Origin: Spirochaetaceae bacterium
Lineage (GTDB): Bacteria > Spirochaetota > Spirochaetia > DSM-2461
Reading direction: 5' to 3'
Length of the DNA stretch: 64,000 bases
Assembly (NCBI GenBank): GCA_965224705.1
Contig: OZ245056.1
Coordinates: forward strand, 2,240,001 to 2,304,000
Position numbers and translations under genes: made by a program. This document shows positions 38,603 to 48,781 of the stretch, piece after piece (position 1 is the stretch's first letter; the number at the start of each line of letters is the position of its first letter). Under the pieces are notes generated by a model. The model was not told where the DNA came from. It searched no databases and worked only from the letters and a program-made list of their open reading frames with translations.

Positions 38603-39610
38603 TCATTCAATCCTCTTCCTGCCGACAGTTATCAACAGGAAAACCACTGCCTGAATTAAACCTGAAAATGCAAATGGGAAGCCTGTCTGTGTCATAGCCG
38701 ATTGGGTTCCTGTTATCAGCCAGGCATAAGCCAGTGCTGCCAGAGGCACAAATTCAAGTCGATTCCCTGCTATCAAGGCAACAACCAGTCCATTCCACCC
38801 CAATCCGCTTGTAAAACCCTGTATCGCCTGGCCACTGTTCAGCAATGCTGTTACCCCTCCAAGACCATAGAGGCTCCCCGAGAGAGTCATGGAGAGAACC
38901 GTGATGCGGTTTGTATTGATGCCGCCATACGAGGCGAACCGGGGGCTTACTCCCCGAAGCCGCCACTCATAACCATAACGGGTGTAATAGAGGAAGAGTA
39001 CCGACAGGACGACCAGTATGACAGCCCACAGAACAATGGGACTCAAATTGGATGGCGGCAACCACTGAGGCAGTCTGTAGGTCGATGGCAGGGGAGGGGC
39101 ACCGATGAGATAGCTCTCCGGATCCCTCATGGCCCCCCCCAGCAAGCTTCCCCCGACAGGGAGTATGGCTAACGACAGAAGAAAACTGCTTATCAATTCA
39201 TCACATTCATATCTGGCTTTTAAAAACCCGGAAAATCCTCCCATGATTCCCCCGGCACCCATTCCAACTGTAATTGAAATCACCATGGCTGGAAAAATCG
39301 GGAGGTCTGGCAGCATGATGGCCATGGCCGCCGCACTGAGTCCTCCGGATACAGCCTGACCCTCTCCGCCAAGGTTGAAAAGACCCGTGTTAAAGACTAT
39401 GGCGGCTGCCAGGCCGGTGATGGTTAATCGGGCGGCATTCTCCAGCATGCTGCCAAAAGCGGAATAGCTTCTGAATGCGCCGGATAGAAGCCACAGAATT
39501 GTGTGGCCGGGTTTGTCTGCCAGGAGAATCATCAGGCATGCAACTCCAAGAGCAACCATGAAGGCTGTCAATGACATTCTCGGCCCACGGAAGGAGATTG
39601 ACCTTTTCAC
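38603..39610 (-). CDS. nucleoside/simple-sugar ABC permease
   Basis: FNLGGEGQ and GLGWNGLVVALIA motifs. Confidence 0.88.
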   Translation of the reverse strand: MKRSISFRGPRMSLTAFMVALGVACLMILLADKPGHTILWLLSGAFRSYSAFGSMLENAARLTITGLAAAIVFNTGLFNLGGEGQAVSGGLSAAAMAIMLPDLPIFPAMVISITVGMGAGGIMGGFSGFLKARYECDELISSFLLSLAILPVGGSLLGGAMRDPESYLIGAPPLPSTYRLPQWLPPSNLSPIVLWAVILVVLSVLFLYYTRYGYEWRLRGVSPRFASYGGINTNRITVLSMTLSGSLYGLGGVTALLNSGQAIQGFTSGLGWNGLVVALIAGNRLEFVPLAALAYAWLITGTQSAMTQTGFPFAFSGLIQAVVFLLITVGRKRIE

Positions 39611-41127
39611 GGGAGATCATCCTTCCATAAACCGGCTGTCCGGGAGCTTATTTCTTTTCGGCTCCATGCATCGGCTGGTTTCACAGGACTGAGTCTTCCC
39701 ATACTTAAGACAGCCAGACTGTCAGCAATTTCCAGGGCCTCATCAATATCGGGAGTCAGCAAAAGAATTGCCATCCCCTCTCCGGCCATCTTCCTGAGTC
39801 TATGATGAATTGCTTTTCGGTTTTTTGTGTCCAGACCCATAACAGGATCGGCCAGCAGAAGGAGCTTATTGGCAAATTCCAATTCACGTTTGAGAATAAT
39901 CTTCTGAATGTTTCCACCAGACAACTCATCCATTCGCTGACCGGGCATTCCCTCAATGCCCGCTTCAATACAGCGTTTTTTTGCCCACCGATGAATAGTC
40001 TTCGGAGGCAGCCATCCCCGGTGGGAAAGTTTTTTCGCCTCAAGTACAATCAAATTCTCGCCGAGGGTGGAAGTCAGACTTGTGCCTCTCATTATTGCAT
40101 CCGAAGGAACATACCCGAGCCCGGCCTGCCTCACCCCGATCATTCCCTTTTTTACTGAATGACCGGATAAAAGTACCCTGCCGCTGTCTGGTGAAATCTC
40201 TCCCGAAATTATGCCTTCCAGATGAGTCAATCCTTCCTTCCACCGACCGGTGATACAGAGTATTTCCCCTGAATTAATGCTAAAACTCACCAAATTCAAT
40301 AGTTCTTTTTTCCCCCGGACGAGATGGATGTTTTCGCATCTTAGAGGCATGGGAGCTGAATAACTTTTTTTATCACCTTTCATCCGCACACGTTCAAATC
40401 CTGGCTGTTCCTCTTCTCCAGTGGTCATCAGAGCTGATACATCCTCCATATTGAGAGAATTTATGGGTTTTTGGATGAGTACACGGCCATTTTTCAGTAC
40501 GGTTAAATTGTCTGCAATACGGAATACTTCGGTCAGCCGGTGAGTGATGAGGAGAATTCCCATCCCCATCTGTTTGAGCCGCCCCAGCAAAGCAATGAAA
40601 TCCTCAATCCGGCCTTCTCCCCAGGCAGTCATTGGTTCATCAAAGATGATGTACTCTGGATTGGTCATCAATGCCGCAATCAGTTGGGCATGCTGCAGAG
40701 TAACGGCATCCTGATCACCGACTCTGCCGAGAGGATCAATGCCGGAGAACTGCCATTGATCGGCCAGTTTACAGAATTGATCAACATAGGTGGAAGGGCG
40801 TTGAAATCCTTTTTCCCGTCCCAGAATGGCGGCTTCCCAGAGTTTCAGACTGGCTGGCCATATACTTCTCTGTCTCACCAAACCTGTGCCGGGTATGGCC
40901 CTGCCGGAGTTTGAATGAAGGTCGATTTCCATGCCGTTGATGGTAAGAGTTCCCGTGTCTGGAGAGAGAACACCGGCAAGAATATGTCCCAGAGTTGTTT
41001 TTCCGGCCCCGTTTTCTCCAACCAGGGCATGTATGCGGTCAGGTTTTATTTCCATGGATACATTCACACAGCACTGAATGCCGGAGGATGGCCAGGTATG
41101 GTTTATTTGCCTTGAAATCAGGCTCAA
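39607..41127 (-). CDS. CUT2-type ABC ATP-binding protein (divergent)
   Basis: GENGAGKTT, IFDEP and LSGGNIQK are intact; NBD1 signature and NBD2 Walker A are degenerate. Confidence 0.85.
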   Translation of the reverse strand: MSLISRQINHTWPSSGIQCCVNVSMEIKPDRIHALVGENGAGKTTLGHILAGVLSPDTGTLTINGMEIDLHSNSGRAIPGTGLVRQRSIWPASLKLWEAAILGREKGFQRPSTYVDQFCKLADQWQFSGIDPLGRVGDQDAVTLQHAQLIAALMTNPEYIIFDEPMTAWGEGRIEDFIALLGRLKQMGMGILLITHRLTEVFRIADNLTVLKNGRVLIQKPINSLNMEDVSALMTTGEEEQPGFERVRMKGDKKSYSAPMPLRCENIHLVRGKKELLNLVSFSINSGEILCITGRWKEGLTHLEGIISGEISPDSGRVLLSGHSVKKGMIGVRQAGLGYVPSDAIMRGTSLTSTLGENLIVLEAKKLSHRGWLPPKTIHRWAKKRCIEAGIEGMPGQRMDELSGGNIQKIILKRELEFANKLLLLADPVMGLDTKNRKAIHHRLRKMAGEGMAILLLTPDIDEALEIADSLAVLSMGRLSPVKPADAWSRKEISSRTAGLWKDDLP

Positions 41128-41212
41128 TGTATTCTTCCAGAGGTCAGCACTGAAAAACCTGCCGGGATCAGATCAGGACTGGAATGAGTACCTTCTGAAG
41201 TTTTTCCGAATA

Positions 41213-42235
41213 TCAGAATTTTAAATCTCCGTTTTTCATCTGTTCCAGAATTCCAGATACCTTGCTGAGAATATCTTCTGGAACATGGCGCAGGATATTC
41301 CTGGTGTCCAGGGGCAGATTCACATACCCTTCTTCGACACCAACTTTCAGGCTTTTACCTTTTTCAAGTTCTTCATTGAGCCAGGCCTCTGTCCACTCTT
41401 CTGCGGCTCTGTCCTGTGCCAGTGTGGCACTGGCCAGAACAGTTCCCGGGGCAATATCTGTTCCATCGGAATCAAACCAGAGGACATAGGTCCCCTCTTC
41501 TCTGGCTGCCGCAACGACACCTTCGTTGGCCCCACCGGCAATGGTGAGTATCACATCCACATCCAGGGCCATCAGACCACGGGCAAGTTCATGGGCCTTC
41601 TGTGCGTCATACCAGTTTCCCAGCACCCGGAATTCCATCTTTATATCAGGGTTGACGGCATGAAGACCAATCTCAAAGCCCGGGATTATCTGCTTTGTCA
41701 TTTGCGGGTATTCCTGACCAACGATCAGGCCCACACTGAGTGCTGAATTGGCACCTTTGAGTTCATCCGATGTGGTAACCAGTCCTGCAAAGTAACCAAT
41801 GAGAAAAGCCTGTTCCATATGGTTGTAAATTACCTCGGTAACATTGGGGCCCCCGAGGTTTGAACCATCCAGAACAAGAAAATCCTGATCGGAATATGAT
41901 TCCGCAGCCATGGCACAGATTTCACTCATGGCCGCATTGGAAGTCACAATGAGATCATACTGTCCGGTGGCAGCCAGTGCCATTATTTGTTTTGACCAGC
42001 TGGCCTGATCAAAACCTCCTTCAATGGTTTTTACATCGGCATCCGCAGCGGCTGCCGATTTTCGAACTCCAGCATCCATCATTTCGTAGGTGGGACTGCC
42101 CGCCAGAACACCGGGTACGAATACCGCTATCGCTGTTTGAGTTTCGCTGGATTGCCTGTTACAGGATATTGTCATTCCCAGATACATCAAAATGATCATG
42201 ACAGGAGTGACCGATCGAAAAATACGCACATCCAT
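41213..42235 (-). CDS. BMP family ABC substrate-binding lipoprotein
   Basis: Lipobox TISC; VLGNWYDAQKA and TIAGGANEGV motifs. Confidence 0.85.
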   Translation of the reverse strand: MDVRIFRSVTPVMIILMYLGMTISCNRQSSETQTAIAVFVPGVLAGSPTYEMMDAGVRKSAAAADADVKTIEGGFDQASWSKQIMALAATGQYDLIVTSNAAMSEICAMAAESYSDQDFLVLDGSNLGGPNVTEVIYNHMEQAFLIGYFAGLVTTSDELKGANSALSVGLIVGQEYPQMTKQIIPGFEIGLHAVNPDIKMEFRVLGNWYDAQKAHELARGLMALDVDVILTIAGGANEGVVAAAREEGTYVLWFDSDGTDIAPGTVLASATLAQDRAAEEWTEAWLNEELEKGKSLKVGVEEGYVNLPLDTRNILRHVPEDILSKVSGILEQMKNGDLKF

Positions 42236-42393
42236 GCTCCAAGTATAGAACTATTGTGATTCATTCTGGTTCCGTCTTGCTGCTTTGCATCAATACGAAC
42301 CTCATGCGGAATCCCAGAATCAGCCTTTTGAGATAACCTGTGGTAAAGATAGAACGCTCAGAGACCGGGGTCAAGGCTTATTGATAATAAACA

Positions 42394-42422
42394 TTGACCA
42401 TATATCCACTTGATCGTATATT
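42394..42422 (+). promoter_or_regulatory. putative sigma70 promoter of prs
   Basis: TTGACC-17 bp-TATATT. Confidence 0.55.
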
Positions 42423-42463
42423 GTATGAAAAGAAGACTCATCTTACTCGGAGTATACAGCATC

Positions 42464-43732
42464 ATGAGTTTCGCCAGACCAACAACACTTGGAGTGATCG
42501 CCTGTCCCGGAGGAGAAGTCTTTGCAAGAAAAGTTGTCGCTCATCTAAAAACTATCTATAAGAGGCGTTTCGAAAAGAAAGCACGGTTCATATCCAGACT
42601 TTACGATTTGAGCCTGGAAGAAACGATTCGAGAGCTCAATAAGTCTGATGACATGCTCAGTCATCGTGTTGTTTCAGTTGGGGATGATAAAACCTATCGA
42701 AATCCATCCTTTCAAATTCCGTGCAATTTTGTGATGTTTGCCAATGGTGAGATTAAAACTGAGATCTTGAGAAGCGTTCGTGGAATGGATCTCTACATTG
42801 TTCAGGATGTGGCTAACAAACAACTGGTCTGCTATGGAGAGGACAGTCTTTCTGTATCCCTCAATGATCATTTGATGACTCTTTTAACAACGATTGATGC
42901 CGTCAACCAGGCCGGAGCTCGAAGGGTTACCCTGGTTATCCCAGCCTATCCCTACAGCCGCCAGCACAAAAAGAAAGGAAGGGAAGGCCTTACTGCCTCC
43001 ATGCTGGGAAGAATGTATGAGAAGATGGGAGTGGCCCGTATTATAACACTGGATATTCATTCAAAGGAAATCGAACACAGTTTTGAAGAGCTGAATCTTG
43101 AAAATCTTCACGCTTCCTATCAGATTCTCCGAACAACCCTGGCCATTCTCAACCTGATGAATGAAGATGTGGTTGTTGTTTCCCCGGATACCGGTGCCAT
43201 TGACCGAAATAAATTTTTTGCAGATATTCTACACAATCCCCTGGCTCTTCTATATAAGGAAAGGGATTACTCAAAGATTTCATTGAATGCCCTGGAATCA
43301 AATATATCCCGGGCCAGGCTTCTTGGTGATGTTGAGGGGAAAACAGTGTTTATGGCAGATGATATGCTGGGAACTGGTGGAACACTTTTAAAGGCCATGC
43401 GAATAATAAAAGATATGGGAGCCAGGAAGATCCTCTGTGCTGTTTCGCTTCCATTTTTCTCAGGTGATGCTGTGAAGCATTTTGATGATGCCCACAGGAA
43501 GGGCTGTTTCAACTACATCATAGGAACAAATGCTGTCAATCTGTCTGAGGAAGTTCTGGGCAAACCCTGGTACAAATCGGCTGATGTTTCCAACCTGTTT
43601 GCGCGTACTATAAGCCGTGTCCACCATAACCGGTCCGTATCGCCGCTCCTGGATAATCGTCAGATGATTCAGAAAATGCTGGCTGAGAAATCAGGAGTTC
43701 AGAACCAGGATCTTTTTTCCGATTCCCCATGA
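42464..43732 (+). CDS. prs: ribose-phosphate pyrophosphokinase (spirochaete long type)
   Basis: FANGE, YPYSRQ, ITLDIHS, VSPDTG and DDMLGTGGT motifs; start at MSFARP. Confidence 0.92.
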   Translation: MSFARPTTLGVIACPGGEVFARKVVAHLKTIYKRRFEKKARFISRLYDLSLEETIRELNKSDDMLSHRVVSVGDDKTYRNPSFQIPCNFVMFANGEIKTEILRSVRGMDLYIVQDVANKQLVCYGEDSLSVSLNDHLMTLLTTIDAVNQAGARRVTLVIPAYPYSRQHKKKGREGLTASMLGRMYEKMGVARIITLDIHSKEIEHSFEELNLENLHASYQILRTTLAILNLMNEDVVVVSPDTGAIDRNKFFADILHNPLALLYKERDYSKISLNALESNISRARLLGDVEGKTVFMADDMLGTGGTLLKAMRIIKDMGARKILCAVSLPFFSGDAVKHFDDAHRKGCFNYIIGTNAVNLSEEVLGKPWYKSADVSNLFARTISRVHHNRSVSPLLDNRQMIQKMLAEKSGVQNQDLFSDSP

Positions 43733-45108
43733 TTTTTGCAGCCGACCTTGGAACAAGTTCCCTCAAAGCAGGACTGCTTTCCCTTGAGGGCCGGCTTGAA
43801 CACCATGTCCGGATTCCCTATCCGAATCCCACCGGCCTCAATCATATGGAATTCAATCCCCTGCAATGGGAATGGGCATTCCACAAAGCACTCAGGGACT
43901 TCCCTCCAGTGAAAATCACAGCTATTTCCCTCAGCGGCAATGGCCCGACACTGGTTCCCTGTGACGAAGCTGGCAAACCGCTCACTCCGGCATTATTGTG
44001 GCTTCAGGACAAGAATTTGCGAATTGAGGGTCAGGATTCGTACTACCTGCCCGAAGCCGCCTGGTTTAAGGCTGACAGTTCCGAAGAGATCTGGAAGAAA
44101 ACCAGGTGGTTTTTTTCTCCTCCGGAATGGCTGCAGTTCCGCCTTACCGGCAAGCCGACAAAAACCATCCCCCATGATTCATTTAAACGCTTTGTCTGGG
44201 ATTCCAGGCAGATTTCGACCTACAGCGTCGACCCCCGTCTTTTTCCAGAGCTTGTGTACATGGGAACCAATGCTGGTACAATCACAGAAGAAGCCGGTTC
44301 TCGATCAGGATTAGCTGAAGGAACAGTGGTTGCTGCAGCAGGTTCGGATTTCATGTCGGCTCTGCTGGGATCCGGGACGGTGGAAGTCGGCAGAGTGTGT
44401 GACAGGGCCGGAACAAGCGAAGGTATTAATTACTGTTCACCAGTCCCTTCCAATGATTCCAGGCTTCGGGATTTACCTCATCTGGTTGAAGGTTTATGGA
44501 ATTCGGCCGCAATCCTGTCTTCCACCGGTCTGGTGTTTGAATGGTACCGCCACCTTACAGGTCAGAAAAACAGGCCTTATGAGGACACTCTTGCTGAAGT
44601 TGACAGGGTACCGCCCGGACGGGACTCTCCACTTTTTTTCCCAGGGCATCAAGGGGGAACACTCTGGGCATTTGATGGAGGCAGTTTTCACCGTCTGCAG
44701 CCAGGACATGGTTTTGCAGAAATGGGCCGGGCTGTTATGGAGGCTATTGGCTATGGGGTACGTCGTGGTATAGAATATCTGGAAGATGCAGGGATGAAAG
44801 TTGAGGAACTGCGTGTGACTGGTGGACAGGCACGCGGTGATGTCTGGAATCAGATGAAGGCGGATATAACCGGGCGCCGTCTCCTTATTCCAATGATAGA
44901 AGATGCGGAACTGGCAGGTTGTGCCGCCTGTGCACTGGTTGCCCTGGGTCTGGCTGACAATCTGATGGAAGGAGCGGACCGATTTGTGAGAATTAAAAAA
45001 GTTGTGGAACCTCGAATGGAAGTTTCCCGGCTTTACGAACACTCCTTTTCCCGCTACCAGGAGGCTTCAAAGGAACTTCTTATAAGATCAACTGAATCAC
45101 TGACTTGA
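43729..45108 (+). CDS. FGGY family carbohydrate kinase (xylulokinase-like)
   Basis: ADLGTSSLK, AGTSE, TGGQAR and WNQMKADITG motifs; ATGA overlap with prs. Confidence 0.85.
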   Translation: MIFAADLGTSSLKAGLLSLEGRLEHHVRIPYPNPTGLNHMEFNPLQWEWAFHKALRDFPPVKITAISLSGNGPTLVPCDEAGKPLTPALLWLQDKNLRIEGQDSYYLPEAAWFKADSSEEIWKKTRWFFSPPEWLQFRLTGKPTKTIPHDSFKRFVWDSRQISTYSVDPRLFPELVYMGTNAGTITEEAGSRSGLAEGTVVAAAGSDFMSALLGSGTVEVGRVCDRAGTSEGINYCSPVPSNDSRLRDLPHLVEGLWNSAAILSSTGLVFEWYRHLTGQKNRPYEDTLAEVDRVPPGRDSPLFFPGHQGGTLWAFDGGSFHRLQPGHGFAEMGRAVMEAIGYGVRRGIEYLEDAGMKVEELRVTGGQARGDVWNQMKADITGRRLLIPMIEDAELAGCAACALVALGLADNLMEGADRFVRIKKVVEPRMEVSRLYEHSFSRYQEASKELLIRSTESLT

Positions 45109-45133
45109 CATGATTTCAGTTAGCAGATATCAT
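45105..45133 (+). promoter_or_regulatory. sigma70 promoter of the tRNA-Thr/rpmG/secE/nusG operon
   Basis: TTGACA-17 bp-TATCAT. Confidence 0.7.
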
Positions 45134-45147
45134 CAGCTCCGCTTGTT

Positions 45148-45220
45148 GCCTCTGTAGCTCAGTTGGTAGAGCACAGCCATGGTAAGGCTGGGGTCATCGG
45201 TTCAAGTCCGATCGGAGGCT
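45148..45220 (+). tRNA. tRNA-Thr(GGU)
   Basis: GCCTCTGTAGCTCAGTTGGTAGAGC, anticodon arm CAGCC-ATGGTAA-GGCTG, GGTTCAAGTCC. Confidence 0.95.
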
Positions 45221-45274
45221 GTTCCATCTCTCCAACCTTTTGGAAGGCAGGAATCATTGTAAACGGGGGCTGAT

Positions 45275-45451
45275 ATGGCAAAAACGAAAAAAGGTGCAGT
45301 GGAAAAAATAGCCCTGCAGTGTACTGTGTGCAAGCGCAGAAATTACACGACTTTTAAGAATCGTCGAAATATCCAGGGAAAGTTGGAGTTCAATAAATTC
45401 TGCAAGTGGGAAAGAAAGATGACTCTTCACAAGGAAACTAAAATAAAATAA
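45275..45451 (+). CDS. rpmG: 50S ribosomal protein L33
   Basis: Not in the ORF track; translates [58 protein letters not shown]. Confidence 0.95.
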   Translation: MAKTKKGAVEKIALQCTVCKRRNYTTFKNRRNIQGKLEFNKFCKWERKMTLHKETKIK

Positions 45452-45480
45452 TCCTTCTGCCATGGTTTTGATTATATTCC

Positions 45481-45553
45481 AGGCCAGTAGCTCCAACGGC
45501 AGAGCGCCGGTCTCCAAAACCGGATGTTGCAGGTTCGAATCCTGCCTGGCCTG
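45481..45553 (+). tRNA. tRNA-Trp(CCA)
   Basis: AGGCCAGTAGCTCCAACGGCAGAGC, CCGGT-CTCCAAA-ACCGG, GGTTCGAATCC; canonical position before secE. Confidence 0.95.
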
Positions 45554-45576
45554 TAGGACATTGGAAAGGTAAGCAT

Positions 45577-45765
45577 ATGAGAAAAATTAAAATATTTATC
45601 ATGGAAAGCTACGGGGAGCTTAAAAAAGTAGTATGGCCCAGCAGGGATTCGGTTAGAGCTTCGGCCAAAGTTGTTATAGTTTCCACAATCATTTTTGCCC
45701 TCTTCTTCGGGCTGATAGACTTCCTGTTATCACAGGGGCTCCTGGGTCTCTTCAGTGTTTTGTAG
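45577..45765 (+). CDS. secE: preprotein translocase subunit SecE
   Basis: ELKKVVWPS plus one TM helix; synteny. Confidence 0.93.
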   Translation: MRKIKIFIMESYGELKKVVWPSRDSVRASAKVVIVSTIIFALFFGLIDFLLSQGLLGLFSVL

Positions 45766-45779
45766 AACAGGAACGTAAT

Positions 45780-46334
45780 ATGGCACAGGGTTGGTTTGTT
45801 CTCCAGACTTTGACTGGAGTCGAAAGTAAGGTGGAGAAATTTCTGCGCATTATGGTAGAAGATGGTACACTCAAAGAGTTTGTTACGGATGTCAAAGTTC
45901 CCTCTGAAGAAGTTGTGGAGATGCGGAATGGGAAGAAACGTACAATCAGCCGAAAATTTCTACCAGGGTACATTCTCGTGGAGATGAACCTGCCTGAACG
46001 AGGCTGGAAAATACCCTGCGGCACGATTCGCAGAATACAGGGTGTAACGGGTTTTGTCGGTACCGGTAAAAATGCCAGACCACAGCCGATTTCTTCTGAT
46101 GAAGCCAAGAGTATTCTGCAGAAAACAGGGGAAATAAGAACGGAGCGGAGGATTCACTCAAAACAGGAATTCCATGTTGGTGAGGAAGTGCAGATTACTG
46201 CCGGTCCTTTTGAATCATTCAAGGGTACAGTCGAAGTTGTCAACCAGGAAAAAGGTAAGCTTCGTGTTATGGTGGGGATCTTTGGACGGTCAACACCTGT
46301 GGAAGTCAGTTTTTCTCAGGCAGTTCGGCTATAA
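45780..46334 (+). CDS. nusG: transcription termination/antitermination factor NusG
   Basis: FLPGYILVEM, GVTGFVG and KOW GPFESF..IFGRSTPVEV motifs. Confidence 0.96.
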   Translation: MAQGWFVLQTLTGVESKVEKFLRIMVEDGTLKEFVTDVKVPSEEVVEMRNGKKRTISRKFLPGYILVEMNLPERGWKIPCGTIRRIQGVTGFVGTGKNARPQPISSDEAKSILQKTGEIRTERRIHSKQEFHVGEEVQITAGPFESFKGTVEVVNQEKGKLRVMVGIFGRSTPVEVSFSQAVRL

Positions 46335-46457
46335 TAATGCAGGATCTGTGTCAGAATGAAGTATTGGTCAGGGAAAGGAAGGGTCCGGCTGACCGGGCAA
46401 TTCACTCCGTCAGTACTCAGGTAATGAATTAAGACGATTGCTGACACAGCATCAGTA

Positions 46458-46495
46458 GTTGGGAGTTGTTGTTTGTTCGGCAACGTTTGTACCAC
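46458..46495 (+). promoter_or_regulatory. putative L1-binding autoregulatory site in the rplK leader
   Basis: GGGAG...hairpin...ACCAC immediately before the rplK RBS, as in known L1-binding leaders. Confidence 0.5.
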
Positions 46496-46509
46496 GATGG
46501 AGGCCAAGT

Positions 46510-46941
46510 ATGGCAAAGAAAAAAGTTACAGCGCTAATCAAATTACAGGTTCCCGCTGGTAAGGCGACCCCTGCTCCCCCTGTTGGGCCGGCTCTGGGTC
46601 CTCATGGGGTGAGTGCTCCCCAATTTGTACAGCAGTTCAATGACAGAACAAAGGGATATGAGCCAGGGCTTACGATTCCTGTCGTTATTTCAGTCTATCA
46701 TGATAAGAGTTTTTCCTTTGAAATGAAGACTCCACCAGCGGCCGTGCTGATCAAGAAGGCCATTGGCATTGAAAAAGGTTCTGCCGAGCCAAACAGAGAT
46801 AAAGTTGGGAAGATTACAAGGGATCAGGTTAAAGCAATTGCTGAAACGAAGATGCAGGATCTCAATGCCAATGACATCGATGCGGCAATCAGTATAATTT
46901 CCGGTACAGCCCGAAGTATGGGTGTCGTGGTGGAAGGCTGA
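46510..46941 (+). CDS. rplK: 50S ribosomal protein L11
   Basis: [23 protein letters not shown] after GGAGG. Confidence 0.97.
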   Translation: MAKKKVTALIKLQVPAGKATPAPPVGPALGPHGVSAPQFVQQFNDRTKGYEPGLTIPVVISVYHDKSFSFEMKTPPAAVLIKKAIGIEKGSAEPNRDKVGKITRDQVKAIAETKMQDLNANDIDAAISIISGTARSMGVVVEG

Positions 46942-46943
46942 CT

Positions 46944-47630
46944 ATGAAGCATGGCAGGAACTACAAAGAGGCCTTGAAGAAGGTCGATGTTGAAAAAAAC
47001 TATGGCCTTGATGAAGGCATTAAGCTTGTGAAGAGCATGGCCTGTGCGAATTTTGATGAAACTATTGAAGTTGCAGTCAATCTGAGACTGAAAAAAAGCC
47101 AATCAGTCAGAGATACCTTTGTACTGCCGAATCAGTTTGCCGAAGGAAAGCGAATACTGGTGTTTGCTAAAGGTGAAAAAGCTCGGGAAGCGGAAGAGGC
47201 CGGTGCAGCCTTTGTTGGTGCCGACGATCTGGTGGCGAAGATCAAAGATGGCTGGATGGAGTTTGATGTTTGTGTCGCAACGCCGGATATGATGAAGGAA
47301 GTCGGTAAGTTGGGACCGATACTGGGCCGCCGCGGGATGATGCCGAATCCTAAAACCAGAACAGTTACCATGGATATTGAAGGGGCTATTGCTGAATTGA
47401 ATCAGGGACGAATTGAATATCGTGCCGATAAGGGTGGTGTTGTTCACCTCGCAGTGGGCAAAGTGTCGATGGATTCGGCTCTTCTCAGAGAGAATGTTCG
47501 TGCCCTGCTGGTTGAATTGGATAAGAAGCGCCTTCCAGATATAAAAGGGGATTTCATCAAGTCCGCAAGCCTTGCTTCGACAATGAGTCCAGGGATAAGA
47601 ATACAGGTTCAGGAGCAGATGGGATCATGA
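46944..47630 (+). CDS. rplA: 50S ribosomal protein L1
   Basis: FDETIE and [15 protein letters not shown] motifs. Confidence 0.97.
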   Translation: MKHGRNYKEALKKVDVEKNYGLDEGIKLVKSMACANFDETIEVAVNLRLKKSQSVRDTFVLPNQFAEGKRILVFAKGEKAREAEEAGAAFVGADDLVAKIKDGWMEFDVCVATPDMMKEVGKLGPILGRRGMMPNPKTRTVTMDIEGAIAELNQGRIEYRADKGGVVHLAVGKVSMDSALLRENVRALLVELDKKRLPDIKGDFIKSASLASTMSPGIRIQVQEQMGS

Positions 47631-48160
47631 AGGGAAATAAAGTCCAGCAGTATAAAATAGAAGCCGTTGACAAACTGAAAGAGGACATTGAAAAATCAGA
47701 GAGTTTTCTTTTTGCCAATTACCGGGGTCTAACAGCAGTACAGGCAGCTCAGCTGCGAAGCGTGCTGCGTGAATCCGGGGCCGAGTTTCACATTGTTAAA
47801 AACAGGTTTGCGATAATAGCATTTTCGCAATTGAATCACAAGAATCTGGAACCATATTTTTCCGGCCCCACTGCCATCGCTTATTGTGGAAATGATGCAG
47901 GACCGATTGCCAAAGCCATGTTGAAACTTGCAAAGGAAATGCCGATCGAATTGAAAGGAGGTATGGTTGAGGGGAAGGTTTATGATTCAAAAGGAGTTGA
48001 AAACCTGAGTAAACTGCCATCCAGAATGGATCTCATTCAAATGCTTATGGGAGCCATGCTTGCCCCTTTGAACAATGCTGTTTATGCGCTTAATGGTGTT
48101 AATGGCAAACTGGTACGGACTCTGGACGCAGTTCGGGAGAAAAAAGAAGGGGGGGAATGA
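47627..48160 (+). CDS. rplJ: 50S ribosomal protein L10
   Basis: NYRGLT, VKNRF, GPTAIA and LSKLPSR motifs. Confidence 0.95.
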   Translation: MKGNKVQQYKIEAVDKLKEDIEKSESFLFANYRGLTAVQAAQLRSVLRESGAEFHIVKNRFAIIAFSQLNHKNLEPYFSGPTAIAYCGNDAGPIAKAMLKLAKEMPIELKGGMVEGKVYDSKGVENLSKLPSRMDLIQMLMGAMLAPLNNAVYALNGVNGKLVRTLDAVREKKEGGE

Positions 48161-48378
48161 ATACAGGCTGCAGGCCTTGCGGGCAGTGCAGCCCTGAATC
48201 AGTAGAAATGATTGTTGGGCAGGGGAATGCGGCCCAACTTTGTTTATGAAGGATTGTCGGTCTTCTGAATGCCGATGATGGGAAATGGAGAATAATCGGT
48301 TTCAGTCTTTGCGGGCATCAATGAGATGCCAGAAGAGGTTGTCTGCTGTAACCGGGTTTTATAGAAGGAGAAGATAAT

Positions 48379-48756
48379 ATGACTACCGAAGAAGTTTTAA
48401 ATGCTATTGCCGGCATGACTGTTCTTGAAGTTTCGGAACTGGTAAAAGCCATGGAGGAGAAATTTGGAGTTACTGCCGCAGCTCCAGTTGCTGTCGCTGC
48501 GGGTCCTGCTGCGGCAGCGGATGAGGATGGAACGGAAGAACAGACAGAATTCAATGTTGTTCTCACAGGTTTTGGTGAAGGGAAGAAAATTGGGGTTATC
48601 AAAGAAGTACGATCTATAACCGGTCTGGGACTTAAAGAGGCCAAGGAGCTTGTTGAGGGCGGTGAAGGCATCGTCAAAGAGGGTGTCTCAAAAGATGAGG
48701 CTAATACCGTCAAGGGCAAGCTGGAAGCAGCCGGAGCTGTTGTTGAGGTTAAGTAA
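48379..48756 (+). CDS. rplL: 50S ribosomal protein L7/L12
   Basis: [10 protein letters not shown] and [16 protein letters not shown] motifs. Confidence 0.97.
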   Translation: MTTEEVLNAIAGMTVLEVSELVKAMEEKFGVTAAAPVAVAAGPAAAADEDGTEEQTEFNVVLTGFGEGKKIGVIKEVRSITGLGLKEAKELVEGGEGIVKEGVSKDEANTVKGKLEAAGAVVEVK

Positions 48757-48781
48757 CAGCAGGGTTATTACAATTCTATGA

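Noticed and set aside
42265..42322. Imperfect long hairpin between the BMP gene and prs as a purine riboswitch or small RNA
   Set aside because: No purine riboswitch core nucleotides are recognisable and the pairing is modest.
46364..46396. GGTCAGG...GGAAG resembling SRP RNA domain IV
   Set aside because: It lacks the CAGG-nnn-GNAA-nn-AGCAG pattern; there is no AGCAGC.
46459..46509. N-terminal extension of L11
   Set aside because: ATG 46510 follows GGAGG and gives the normal L11 start.
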